Part shown: in pieces, positions 40,468 through 53,838 of the stretch
How the letters are laid out: every line of letters starts with the position of its first letter
Numbering within the stretch: position 1 is the first letter of the stretch
Origin: the human T2T-CHM13v2.0 reference genome, Homo sapiens
Reading direction: 5' to 3' (one strand)
Assembly (NCBI RefSeq): GCF_009914755.1
Contig: NC_060931.1
Length of the DNA: 64,000 nt
Notes under the pieces: model-generated
Databases searched by the model: none
Told to the model about the DNA's origin: nothing
Seen by the model: the letters and a program-made list of their open reading frames with translations, nothing else
Made by a program: the position numbers and the translations under genes

Positions 40468-40925
40468 TAAATAAATGTAGAGGTTTGCCATGGTCATGCA
40501 GCAAATGAGTAAGAAATTCATGGCTCTTTTTCTCTAAACCTTTCCTCTTAGCCAATGGCCAAGCACTCTTAGAATGTTAAGCACTGTCTGCTTAAGCACT
40601 CTTAGAATGTTAAAAAAAATATTTCTAAGTCTTACATTTTTCAGACTAAAAATAATGTCAACAAAAAGCTTAACATCAAATACATTCCTGGAATAATATC
40701 TATTATTATAATGGATATTTTAACTTATGCATAGGATTAATTCTATGCATAGATATATCATTGAATATGAGACTAAAGGAAAAGGTTTCATGACCAAATG
40801 GTTTCACCCAGAGTTTTAACTTAAATGTCATCATTAACGATTTATCATCAGTTAAGCAATGTGTGAAAAAAAGTTCACAGTCAACAGTATTTAATAAAAG
40901 GAACGCACTGAATATTTTATTACTA

Positions 40926-41365
<440 letters not shown>

Positions 41366-43739
41366 TCAATGAGTTGCAAAAGTGTAAATATTAAAGTAAT
41401 TCAAGAGGGGAAACACCATAGAGGTTGGTGTGTCATGGAACTCTTTGAAAATGATTTAGGACAGAGTTGAGTTTAGAGATGAGATGTGAGGAGGAAGAAA
41501 TGAGAGAGGACGTTGGCAAGATAAGAGGAAAACTTTTGGTGAAGTGCTTTGCATAGAAAATAGCATGGAGGATGCTTTAGATATATGTAACCATGGAAAG
41601 ACCTGATTAAATTAACAGTTGAATAAAATTATACCAGTGTTGGAGTTGAGAATGGATAACTCTTAACAGTTTAGTATCAATGAAAGATTTAAACTTTTAA
41701 AATCCATCCCATGAGGTGCCAGTGTACTAAATCACTGGATATATATACTTTTAACTTAACAAAACAGAATATAATCACATTTCTCAACTCTCAGTATTTT
41801 ATATGATAGAATTTTATATTGAAATTAGAAACTAATTACTTTTATTTATGTAGAGTGCTTACATCACTTTATATAAATGAGTTAGAAATCTAACTGTTTT
41901 GTAACACATACTCGTGTGTATGAATATGTATTTTCATATGTGTGCACATATGTGAGCAAGTTTATGTGTACATACATACATCTATTTGTGTTGAAGGTAG
42001 CAGGATGAGTTTTTTCAGAACCGTTATAAAAGAATATTTGAGGCCACTGCTTATGAAAACCACTGAACTTTGTAATTTTGCAAAGGACCTAAAAATTTCC
42101 TTAACATCTTTCTGAAGTCTTCTAACAGATGATTGTTCTAAGTCATCATTGACTTGTGCAGAGAGAAAATTTAGTATAATTACAGATTTCTACATATGTT
42201 AACTAAAAGACCATATAATTCCCCTCAAAAGAAATTGCTGTGGTGATCTCTATTAATTTGAATTAGTTCTTATTGCATATACTGTTACAAAGTAGGTTCT
42301 TGAGACTTTCCAGCATCTCCCAGCATAAAAATCTTGGGGAAAATGATGATAACAATGTAATTACTATGTGTCAACTGATAGCTTATTATATATCACTTAT
42401 AGTCATTTTTTAATTAAAAAGTTATCTGAATATTCAGCCATTATCTACATAGTGTAAATTAATAGGAGATCTAATTGTGATAAAATACTTCAGATGGGGC
42501 TTTAGACAGTATATTTGTAGCAGATCTCTAAGTGTTTTTGAAAAATATGTCTAAGAAAATTGAATTTGATACAGTACTTTCAGATTAGCAAGAGAAAAGG
42601 GACATCTCTGCATTCACTCTGCTTTTTCCTTAGTTCTGGATATGATTAAAACCAAAACAAAACATGGGAGCCTGGTGTTGGCAAAATTCTATTAAATGGA
42701 AATGCTTGTATTGTGCATATTCTTCCTGAAGAGCAATATGAGCCAAAAATATGAAAGAATTGTGTTGTAACCAAGATCTGTCAGACTACATCATGTGGAT
42801 GATATTTTTATGAGTTCTAGTTCCCTTGTGAGGGGACTTTGGAAGCTGAGAGAAGCTGTTTGGAGAAATGATGCATCTGTTCTTTTCAGTATGAATGCTG
42901 GGGCATAAAGTTAACCTATACTTCATCTTTTTTTTTTAAAAAAAAGTATCCAAAATATAAAAAGACAAGAAAAAACCCACACCAAAACTCTCTTTCTGCA
43001 GAAGCTAGATCACAAATTTCCCAAATCCACAGGTAAGCAGAAGGGCTGGCTGTGGCTGTGGAGAACGATGAGGTTCCTGTGGTTGGGAGCAGAGAAAAGA
43101 TTCCACAGTAGCCTCTCCAAAAAAACCTAACAAAGTATGCTCTAAGAAGGGGATTGACATAACCTGAGGTGGGAAGCCTAAATCTCATGTTTTTAAAAAT
43201 CTGGATAGGGTGCAGGGATGGCTATAGGAACCTATCTAGACGTTATTTAACTTCAAGAAATGAGCTGTTAAATATATATATGGAATCACAAAAATAAGCC
43301 ATATTTGCAAATAGCAGTCTATTTTCATGAGAGATAAGAAGAAAATATTTCTTTTTGAGAAACCTCAGTTTCCTACCTTTATTAGCTGGGGAAGACATAA
43401 AGACTAAATAAAATAAAACATCTACCGTAAGCCTGGAACCCAGGCTTTTTATTTCTTTTCCAGAAGAACATATTATCCCATTTTAAATAATCATTCAAAA
43501 AATTAGTAATCAAAAGGGAATTACATATATATGTATAAAGAGAAAGAGATTGATAGGTATACACACACATGCCCAAGAAACAGGAAAAAATAAGATTGTA
43601 GGTTACAAACATTTCAGGAAAATGCTTCCATGGAATAGAAGAAAACTGAACATTATTTACTATAAATTTAAGATAACAATAGACAATATCTCAAACATAC
43701 AGCCCCAATTACATATATTCTAAAAGGAAAGAAACCCAC

Positions 43740-44280
43740 TCTTTAAAATTCAATTTTACAGTGGCTGACAACTGTTCAGTAATTTCTAGGGGTTAGGATA
43801 TGGGGCTAGGGAAAGGGTTTGGTTACAAATGTTAGCATGAGGGAAATATTTTTGGTTGGGAGAGGTTGTTAAACTGTTTCTAATTCTATTGATAGAACAT
43901 TAAGCTAAATGTTAACATTCATAGAACTGTACATCAAAAAAGTGAATTTTGGGTGGGCGCGGTGGCTCACACCTGTAATTCCAGCACTTTGGAAGGCCAA
44001 GACAGGCAGATTACTTGGTCAGGAGTTCTAGACCAGCCTGGCCAACATGGCGAAATCCTGTCCCTACTAAAAATATGAAAATTAGCTGGGCATGGTGGTG
44101 GGCACCTGTAGTCCTAACTACTAGGGAGGCTAAGGCAGGAGAATTGCTTGAACCCAGGACGCGGAGGTTGCTGTCAGCCGCGACCACACCACTGCACTCC
44201 AACAAGACTGTCTCAAAACCAAAACAAAAGCAAATTTTACTTTCTGACAACTGAAAAAATGAATTTAAAAAAAACCTAAA
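43740..44280 (+). mobile_element. L1ME/MC 3' end fragment interrupted by an Alu
   Basis: CATTCATAGAACTGTACATCAAAAAAGTGAATTTT resumes as ACT... after the Alu. Confidence 0.6.
43951..44225 (+). mobile_element. AluS with a short deletion near the 3' end
   Basis: Dimer in which CACTCCA joins almost directly to CAAGACTGTCTC. TSD AAAAGTGAATTTT / AAAAGCAAATTTT. Confidence 0.93.
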
Positions 44281-45887
44281 AATTTTAAACCTGAATATGT
44301 ATTTGCTGTCATTTTCTCAAATTTCCAAATAATTATAATTTGTTTTTCATGTTAAATCCAAATATTCTTTCAATTTATCTATTAAGCAGAATATTCTTTT
44401 GACCCTCTGTTGGCAAATCGAATTGCAATTAAATTAAAAATACCTGGGACGTTTTCCAGGTGGCTAAACTATGATATATTTGAGTGATGTTTAGCTAATA
44501 GTGTTGTTACATTAGTAAAGCAACTTATTTTATCTGAAATATTATGCCATCACTTTGCCTCTGGAAGCCTTGCCTATGCATGTCTGTGTGGCAAAGCAAA
44601 TATTGAGATTTATTGCCAGTAGCATTAGAATTCTCATTATTATAAGAATTATAAGAATTCTGAAATATTAGCCATTAAAATAACCAAGTTAATAAAGCTT
44701 AAACTTTTTATGGAATTATCCATTTCTGTTTTGAAAAATACTGAACTCTTTTCAAATACTATTGCTTGTTCACTTAACAATGATTACTTGAACATAGTTC
44801 AGCTAAAGCTTTTATGATATTCACTAATCTAGCATTTATTTTCGCATTGCTTTCCACCATCACTAAAGTAATTACTACATGTTCACCAACTAATTATTCT
44901 GATGGTGCATTAAGAATTGATCTTTACCTTAATATTTTATGGTATCAAGTGTTTTTGCATTCATCAAGAATATTCCATTTTGCTTATATTTTAATGATGA
45001 GCTCTAGAATATCATCACTAACATATCTAGCAAATTATAAATATGTCATTTTTTAGGTAAAATATTTAAGAGTATGTAGTGCTATATATTTAGTTATTTT
45101 AAATCAAATACTTAATGTTTATACTTTTTAATTGATGTACAATTTTCAATTCTTTAGAATGCGCTTTTGAAATAATTGCCCTTATTATAGTTTTATAACA
45201 ACTTTAATATATCTTCTGTATCTATAGCAGATGATTTATAAAAATGCTTTTCTTTAGTAATAACTGTCTCTATCTCAAGTTCTTCATAGTGAGCTATTTT
45301 TTCTTTTTATATTCCTGTAGAGATACATACTTGTACATAAACATGCCAATTATAGGTAGATATATAGCTCTCTTAAATATTATGAGCCTTCAGCTTCTGA
45401 CTTTAGTACCCTCCATTGAGAAATGAGAAAATTTGACTCCCAAACATGTATCTCTAGTTACACCTTTGCACCTGAAATCCAGAAAAATATATTCAGTTTT
45501 CCACTCAATATTTCTTCTTGGATTGAAAATGCAAATGAATATTTTAAATTTAACTTGTTCCAAGTCACTCTTTCTTTTCTATCACTCTCATACCAGTTGT
45601 CTATCTCAATAAATTGTTTCACCATCTACCAAAGTGCTCAAGACCCAAACACTGATGTCATCTTTGCTCTTCTCTTTCCCTCATAAACCACATTCAAATC
45701 CTTAGCACATTTTTCCCACTCTGCTCTACAATAATCCTAAGTCTTGCCGTGCTACACAACAGCTACTCCTACTACCCGAGAATTAGCCGTCACTATCCTT
45801 TAGGAGTAGATTTCTTGCAGGCTTTATTTTCCTAATGACCTGGTAACAACCAATGAAATATAAATTTTATGGCCGCAGGGTCTGTAG

Positions 45888-46221
45888 AAGTGATACCCAA
45901 TGTTTTTGGCACTGGGGGCCACTTTCGTGGATGACAATTTTTCCACAAATGAAGGTGGGGGGTGGTTTCAGGATGTTCTACCTCAGATTATTAGGCATTA
46001 GTTAGATTTTCATAAGGAGTGTACAACCTAGATCACTCTCATGCACGGTTCACAATAGAGTTCAGACTCCTGTAAGAATCTAATGCTGCTGTTGATCTGA
46101 CATGAGGCAGAGCTCAGGCAGTAATGCTTGCTCACCTGTTGCTCATCTCCTGCTGTGCAGCCTGGTTTCCAACATGCCACAGATGGGTAATGGTCCATGG
46201 CCTGGGATTTGGGGACCTTTG
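45888..46221 (+). mobile_element. MER1B hAT MITE
   Basis: Homologous to the copy at 11637. 8-bp TSD-like flanks GTCTGTAG / GTCTCCAG. Confidence 0.9.
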
Positions 46222-46391
46222 GTCTCCAGGATCTGCCTCCTGGCTATTTGTCTCACTTCATTTCCTCATCACTCATCCAATTGACCAATGAACTCAAGCC
46301 ACTTGGCTTCCTGCCATTTTCTCAAATCACAAAGGTCATTTCTACCTCAAGACCTTATACTTTGTTATTATCTTTCCTGAAATGCTGTTTC

Positions 46392-47703
46392 AAAAACTGT
46401 ACACTTACAACTATCTAATCTTCACAAACCTGACAAAAACAAGCAATGGGGAAATGATTTCTTATTCAATAAATGGTGCTGAGATAACTCTCTAGCCATA
46501 TGCAGAAGATTTAAGCTGGACTCCTTCCTTACGCCATATACAAAGATTAACTCAAGATAAATTAACGACTTAAATGTAAAATCTGAAAGTGTAAAAATCC
46601 TGGAAGACAACCTAGGCAATGCCATTCAGGAAACAGGCATGGGTAAAGATTTCATGAAGACACCAAAAGCAATTGCGACAACGAAAAACTGGCAAGTGGG
46701 ATATAATTAAAGAGCTTCTGCACACAGAAAGAAACTCAACAGTGTGAACAGACAACCTACAGAATGGGAGAAAGTTTTTGCAAACTAAGCATCTGACAAA
46801 AGCCTAATAATACACAGCATCTAGAAGTAAATTAAACTTGCAAGAAAAATCAACTTCATAAAAACGTGGGCAAAGGACGTGAACAGACACTTCTCAATAG
46901 AAGATACATGTGCCCAACAAGCATATACAAAAAAGCTAAACGTCACTTATCATTAGAGAAATGCAAGTCAAAAGCACAATGAGATACCATTTCGTACCAA
47001 TCAGAATTGCTATTATTAAAAAGTCAAAAAATAACAGATAGTGGCAATGTTGTGGAGGTAAAGGTAAGCTTATACACTGTTGGTGGGAGTGTAAATTAGT
47101 TCATCCATTGTGGAAGACAGTGTGGTGATTCCTCAAATACCTAGGGACAGAAATACCATTTGACCTAGCAATCCCATTACTGGGTGTATATGTTCCCCAA
47201 GGAACATAAATCACTCTATTATAAAGACACATGCATGTATATGTTCATTGAAGCACTATTCACAATAGCAAAGACATGGAATCAACCTAAATGTCCGTCA
47301 GTGATTGACTGGATAAAGAAAATGTGGGTACATATGTACGATGGAATACTATGTAGCCATACAAAATAATGAGATCATGTACTTTTCAGGGACATGGATG
47401 AAGCTGGAGGCCATTATCTTTAGCAAACTAACACAGGAACAAAAATACCACATCTTCTCACTAATAAGTGGGAGCTAAATGATAACACATGGACTCATAG
47501 AAGGGTACAACAAACATGGGACTTTCAGAGGGTGGAGGTTGGGAGGAGGGAGAGGATCACAAAAAATATCTAATGGGTACTAGGTTTAATACCTGGGTGA
47601 TAAATAATCTGTACAGCACATCCCCAGGACACACGTTTTCCTATGTAACAAACCTGCCCTTGTATCCTGAACTTAAGATAAAAGTGAAAAGAAAAAAAGG
47701 AGA
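46392..47703 (+). mobile_element. 5'-truncated L1 (L1PA13-like): disrupted ORF2 3' part, 3' UTR and A tail
   Basis: Peptide remnant YKDTC...ALFTIAKTWNQPKCP...DWIKKMW. 3' UTR TAATGGGTACTAGGTTTAATACCTGGGTGAT. TSD GAAATGCTGTTTC / GAAATGCCATTTC. Confidence 0.92.
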
Positions 47704-49545
47704 GAAATGCCATTTCCTCTGGGAGGAATAGTATTTTCCTATATGCTTGCATTTCACACCTCGTTATTTCATTCAGGACTTTACTCAAATGCCACTTCCT
47801 CAGAGAACACATGCAGAAGATTTAAACTGGACCCCTCAGAGAACACAATTTCTGCCACCTCATTTCTGGAAATCGTTACCAGACACAATTTCTAAAACAG
47901 CATGCCTGTCATTTTACATCTCTGTATCTGCTTTTATTTTTCTCTATAGTAATTAACACTCAAAGGTCTTTTATTTCTATTTTTACTTGTTAATTGACTG
48001 CTTTACCCACTGCAAGAATCTCCAGGAGTGAAAGAACTTTGTTTTCTTCTTGATTTATCCAAAGCACCTAGAATGTAGAAACGTCTACAAATTGCTGAAT
48101 AAATGTATGTTACCAGGGAGATAAGTCAATATGAGCACTACCAGCCATTCATTAGCAGAGAAGAGACCAAGCTCTTATTTCCCTACCTGATGGGCTGGTA
48201 ATCCTTCTCTGCTTTCACATCTTATTCCTTTTCCAGTAGTGAGAATTCTTGGGGAGCTAAGTTCAAGTGACTATATATAGCTGAAAGGACAGCAATGACT
48301 TTCTTCGTAAAATAATTCATAATCCATACTTTTATTTAGCCTAGCATTTACCCCACTTAGTCTAAAAAAGCTCTTATTATTGTTTTGCACCTGTTTATTT
48401 CAGTGGAAAAAAAGAAAAATTTGTAAGAAATATACTATACTATAAATCATAACCAAAATATGTTTTAAATAAGGATTTTAGTTAACTATCAAATATTGAT
48501 GCAATCACAATATATATGAAATTATTTTCAGTAATTTCAAATTTGAGTACTGTGAAACTTAATCACTAAGGAATGATTCATATAAAAGAAAAAAGAGTAT
48601 TAAATTGTATCCAGGTAGTCACTTTAGAGAGTATTTAACTGTTTATTTAACAGTGACTAAAAATTGGAGTCTCCAAAATCAAAAGCCAGGCCTTATTTTT
48701 CCCAATATAGCATGGTGCTTGGAACTCCAGAAAAGATCAATAAATGTTTGTTGAATGGAAGCATTTCAAATTCTATATAAAAGTTTATATTTAATTTCTT
48801 ACATAGTAGCAATGTGATTTCAATAAAAATATTTCTGATTGCTCTTGAATACCATTTGTCTTTATCCAATAACATATCTGGATCCAATAACATATCTCCA
48901 ATATCTGGAGGGCTTGTTTTGCATTTTTTTTTTTTGTCCTGTAAGTGCTCATTAATTCTGAGCTTTAAGCATTAGGGTTTAAATTAGAAATTACTAAACA
49001 GCAATGAATAAGAGAATCAATATAAAATCTCCACCTGTCACAATCGTGAGTGTCTTCTATTTTTGCTACTCTTGCCAAAAGGATCATGTTCATCTTCAAT
49101 AAATGCTTTAATTATCTAGAGATCCACAATGTTCCAGACTGACCTTACATGGAAGGCTTCAGGAAAAACCTGCAGAGTATGTTTTAAGGAGGGCCACAGT
49201 GTCCTCATTTTTTCAAAATGTTTCTGACATTAGAATATAAAATCTAATTTCTTCTTTGTTAATGAAAAATCTGTTTTCTTAAATTTTTTATACCCATCAC
49301 AAATCCCATTCGTTCTCATACCATATTCATTTACTCAAATGTGATTAATATTAGGGTATCTCTAGGAATCTGTGCTCTTAAAATTTTCTCTCCTGGGGTG
49401 TTTTTACATTTCTGATTTCTACTTAATGTTCTACAATATACATCAATACATCACTGCATTTTACGTATTGTTTTGGCTATTGATACATATCCCTATTTTG
49501 CTTCAAAATTACTGTAATTTCAAGCGATACTACAGTAAACATCTC

Positions 49546-49597
49546 TATATATAATATATATATAATATGTGTGTGTGTATATGTGTGTGTATATGCA

Positions 49598-49647
<50 letters not shown>
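49546..49647. repeat. Compound (TA)n/(TG)n microsatellite
   Basis: Direct reading. Confidence 0.95.
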
Positions 49648-49650
<3 letters not shown>

Positions 49651-49914
49651 ACCACTGCCGATTATGTATATGAGTGTTGAGGGGTGTTTAAACCTAGCAG
49701 TAACATTTCTAGGTCATGGAGTACAGGCATATTCAACTTCCCTGAGTATTGCCACAGGTATTTCCAAACTGTACTACTTACATTCTGGTTTTCATTTTCT
49801 TACATCTGGATCAATATTTCATATGATTGCGCTTTCTATTTTCTGATGATAGTTTTGATATAAATTAGAAATTCTCTGACTCCTTGTGATTTCAAGCATA
49901 TTTTGTGTTTATTT

Positions 49915-50165
49915 AATAAACATAGAGCAATTACTATATTTCAGGTATCCTTCTAAGCCCTTAATTTGTTTTAATTTAGTGAGCATTCATTACAGCCCAT
50001 AATAACTCACCTATGAGCTAAGTACTGTTATCTTAATTACATATAACTGGAAAATGAGGCATGGAGAAGTTAAGCAATCTGTTCTTCATCACATGGCTAA
50101 TCAATGGTAGAAGTGAGATTCAAACCGAGCTCTTTGTTTCTAGGGTATGTGTTCCTAACCACCTT
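49915..50165 (-). mobile_element. MIR, near full length
   Basis: GGAAAATGAGGCATGGAGAAGTTAAGCAA...CACATGGCTAATCAATGG...GATTCAAACC. Confidence 0.8.
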
Positions 50166-50234
50166 TCACGTACTTCTTACCCATTTGGATTTTTATGTAT
50201 TTTCCATTTTTACTTTTTGACTATTTTCTCTACC

Positions 50235-50820
50235 AATACTGACATATGTCAGTGGACAAAACAAAGTACCTGATCTCATAGAAGTATATTTTGACTGGTG
50301 CTGTGGGAGAAAAAAAGATAATCGGCAATGCCAAGGTGCGTAGGGACCTACACTTCTCTGCATTTGTTACAGAAGATGATTCTGGTGTTATATTTAAGAA
50401 GAAACTTACATAAATAGAAGAATAAGCCAATAGAGTAGCTGGAGGAAGAGCATTTCAGGCAGAAGGAATGGGTGACAAGGCTGGAACAGGCTTTGGGAGT
50501 TTGAGCAGAGTGACAAGTGAGACTGACACAGAGTGACCAACAAGCTGAGTAGTGGTGGGAGGAGGTGAAAATAGGCATGTAAAGGGGGAAGGAGGTATAT
50601 GGTGCAGTACCTTATAAGCCTAGGAAGGATTTTGGCTCTTGCTATGAATAAGATGTGAAGATAATAAAGGTTTTAAGGAGAGGAGTGGGCATGAACTTAG
50701 GCCTGCTTTACAAAGAGCTCTGCCAGATAGAGAAGAGACTATATGGAGGTGGAGGGTGGAAGTAAGAAGACCAACTAGGAGAATTTCACAATTTTGCAGG
50801 CAAGAGATGATAGTGATGCC
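50235..50820 (-). mobile_element. L2 fragment
   Basis: CATTTCAGGCAGAAGGAA; AAGGATTTTGGCTCTT; CAGGCAAGAGATGATAGTG. Confidence 0.75.
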
Positions 50821-52085
50821 CTACTTGATCATAATCTATAATTTCTGATGCATTGGTGCATAGAATTAGCAAGAGTTCTGTTTATCTGTTTTATCATGTA
50901 TATTTACATATTCATTCGGCCTATAGTTTTTCTACATTTTTTTAAATGTATACTGGCCACATACTCCAAAGTGGACATATCTCCCTCATATTTTCTTTTA
51001 CTTATTTCTTTTATTATCTGTGTCAACTCATATAAATTGGATTAAATATTTGAAACACTGCTAGAAATCACCTAAAAATATCATGCAGACATTATGTTTA
51101 TTTTGGTAAGGTAGATTATGACTACCATAACCATTTTTTTCAGTATCTATTTTTCATCTATTTTAGTTCATTGTTATGTATTTTGACATCTTACGTTTTT
51201 CAAGAAATTTGGTTACTTTGTTGTTGAAAGTATGTTTGTCTTTAGCTATTTAATATTTTTCATTCTATATTTGCATTTTCACTCTATTGCTATTATGAAT
51301 CTTGCCAGAAATTTTAAAAATTATATAGTATTTTATATTACCATCATTTGTTTTCTAAATTTGTTTTGTTTTTACTTTAATATATATGCCATCTCATACA
51401 TTGTTATCTTTTCACATTTCTTTGATATTCCTTTTGCCATTATTCTGGTTGTTGGGTTAAATGTATAACTCTTTCTATATACTTTGTGATAAATAATATA
51501 TTCAAGATTTATTTCTGTTTTTTAAATTAATAATATATTTAAAGCTCTAATTCCCTTCTCACTACTGCATTAACAAGTTGCATAAATTTTTGATATAACT
51601 TATTTTGTATATATTTATTTCACACATTTTTCTCATGGGTTCACATTTATCTTTGTATTGTTATAATTTGTTTTGTTAATTTTTAAGCCTATGACATTTT
51701 AAGCTGTTATTTGCCTATGGATTCCTAATAATATTGTGTTACAATTCTCTATTGTCCTACCTCTGAGCCTTGCATTTTATATCTCAAGTTTTATTTTATG
51801 TTTTCCACTCTACTTCTTCCTGATATTGTTCTGGTTGAATTTCTTGATCTTCATTTTTTGCTCTTTCATTTGCCCTAAGGCAGTATCTATTTTGCTATTT
51901 AATCTCTCTATTGAATAATTTATTTCAATTATTATATTTTCATACCCAATGACTCTAATTGGTCACTTTTACGGCATTGTTTTTGCTTTGTGTATCTCGT
52001 AACATTTTTATCCCATTAAATTTACTTTTATGTTTATTTAAATTATAATTCACTCTAGGCCATCAATTCTGCTTATTTTTTCATG
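50821..52085 (-). mobile_element. Highly decayed L1ME/HAL1-like sequence
   Basis: Very T-rich strand with weak reverse-L1 motifs. Confidence 0.4.
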
Positions 52086-52090
52086 CATTG

Positions 52091-52669
52091 TGTCGAAGCA
52101 AAAATTGCACCAGACAATGTTAATTAGGCAAGGGAGACTCTATTCAAGCCTATTATAGTAGGGGAGAGAGAGACCAGAATATTACTCTGAACTCAACTCT
52201 TTTAAAATAATAGTAGTAGGATTTATTAATAGCTGGAATGAGAGGGATGTCTTAAGCTACTTTTGTTTGTTAATTGGATTAATACAAAGGAAAATATACT
52301 TTAATGTATCTTTATGACAGGAAGTAGTTTAGAACTTGGAACAAGGTACCTGCTTAAGTACTTTAATTTCGCAGTTTCTGTGGGAGAGGCTCCCACTCTC
52401 CCACAGAAACTGGGAAATTGGGACACTGTCTTCCCTTTGATCACATTTCAAATAAGCAGCTTCTATGTCCTTAAGATGGAAGTTCTTGGGTTGTAAAACT
52501 GGCAGGACGCTTTTAAACAGATTACATTTCAAAGGGACAGAGAAAGAATTTCCAATGAAAGTTTCTTAAAGTAATTGCTCTAAGAAAAGGAATCTCACGG
52601 GCCTAGAGTCAGGGAGAAGTCTATCTAATGTTCAGTCAAGCTGAAGGGAACATTAACATAACTTGGTCA
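52091..52669 (-). mobile_element. ERV1 solo LTR, MER31(B)-like
   Basis: TGTCGAAGCAAAAATTGCACCAGACA start and GGCCTAGAGTCAGG...AGTCAAGCTGAAGGGAAC...GTCA end. Confidence 0.85.
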
Positions 52670-53349
52670 GTGAGTTGTCTCTTCCATGGTAGTTGTGGTC
52701 CCCAAATATTGTGTTGTTTATCCCAGGAAATGCATGATTCCTTAAACATGGCAGCTTCTTTGTGAGATAATGTGAGTTAGTGGGAGGGGTGAAATACCAG
52801 AGTCTAGCCTGTGAATATTCAGCCAACAAGGGAGAGAGATCTTGGGTGAAGAAGAAAAAAAACTTGCTATGGATAAGGCGATAGACTTTTCCCCTCTTGA
52901 TCCTCAGAGACTTTTCCTCTACCTACATATGTAGAAATTACACATGTTCTAAGAATGATTCTGCATGGTTGAAATCATCAAAACCAGTTATAGGACAGTG
53001 TGGCGTGCAGGGATGGAAGAGAGTATGTTTAGCCAATTGTGTTTCTGTTCATTATCTCCTTGCCAACAGACCCTAGCTCTGGTACAATTTTGATACTACT
53101 TCATAGCTGACAGTGACCGAGAGACAGGTACTACTGTTTTCCTTCCCCATATCAAATATGATAGAAAGTGAGCCCTCCAAGGTAATAAAACAGTCAAAGG
53201 AACATAAAAAAAGTTAATTCTATGTTGCCATCTACCTAGAAATCCAGTCTCTTCCGTGTTAGGCTTCTCTTTCCCACAAAATGGATCTGATTGTCTTCTG
53301 TCTCCACAGGTATTTCTCTCAGCTTTCATGATTTTTTTCTTAATCACAT

Positions 53350-53838
53350 TTTTAAATTTATGTTTTATAATTCCATTTTTGTTTTAGATTCAAGGGGTAT
53401 ATGTGCAAGTTTCTTACAAGGGTATATTGTGTGGTGCTGAGGTTGGGGCTTCTATTGCTCTCATTAACCTATAGTGAACATTGTATCCAATAGTAAGTTT
53501 TTCAGTTCAAGCCTCACTCCTTCTCTCCCTACTTTTGGAGTCCCCAGTGTCTATAACTCCCAATTTTATGCTGATTTGAACCCAAGATTTAGCTCCCATG
53601 TAAACATGAAAACATGTAGTATTTGGCTTCCTATTTCTGCATTAGTTCGCTTAGGATAACCACCTCCAGCTGCATTCATGTTGCTGCAAAAAAACACATG
53701 ATTTTATTCTTTATTATGCTTGTGTAGTATTCTATGGTGTGTATGTACTACATTTTCTTTATCTAATATACCATTTCTGGGCACTGAAGTCAATTCCATG
53801 TCTTTCCTACTGTGAGTATTGCTGTGATGAACATACAC
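53350..53838 (-). mobile_element. L1PA16-like 3' end (non-inverted part of a 5'-inverted L1)
   Basis: TTTTAGATTCAAGGGGTATATGTGCAAG...GGAGTCCCCAGTGTCTAT...CCTCCAGCTGCATTCATGTTGCTGCAAA. Confidence 0.9.

Larger units (their letters stand above)
45380..48104 (+). mobile_element. L2 element fragmented by MER1B and L1PA insertions
   Basis: Colinear L2 pieces at about 45380-45810, 46230-46391 and 47717-48104, ending AAATTGCTGAATAAATG. Confidence 0.7.

Noticed and set aside
53291-53315. Recursive splice-site-like TCTTCTGTCTCCACAG|GTATTT
   Set aside because: The reconstituted donor is weak, the site sits in probable decayed repeat, and no host transcript is evident.
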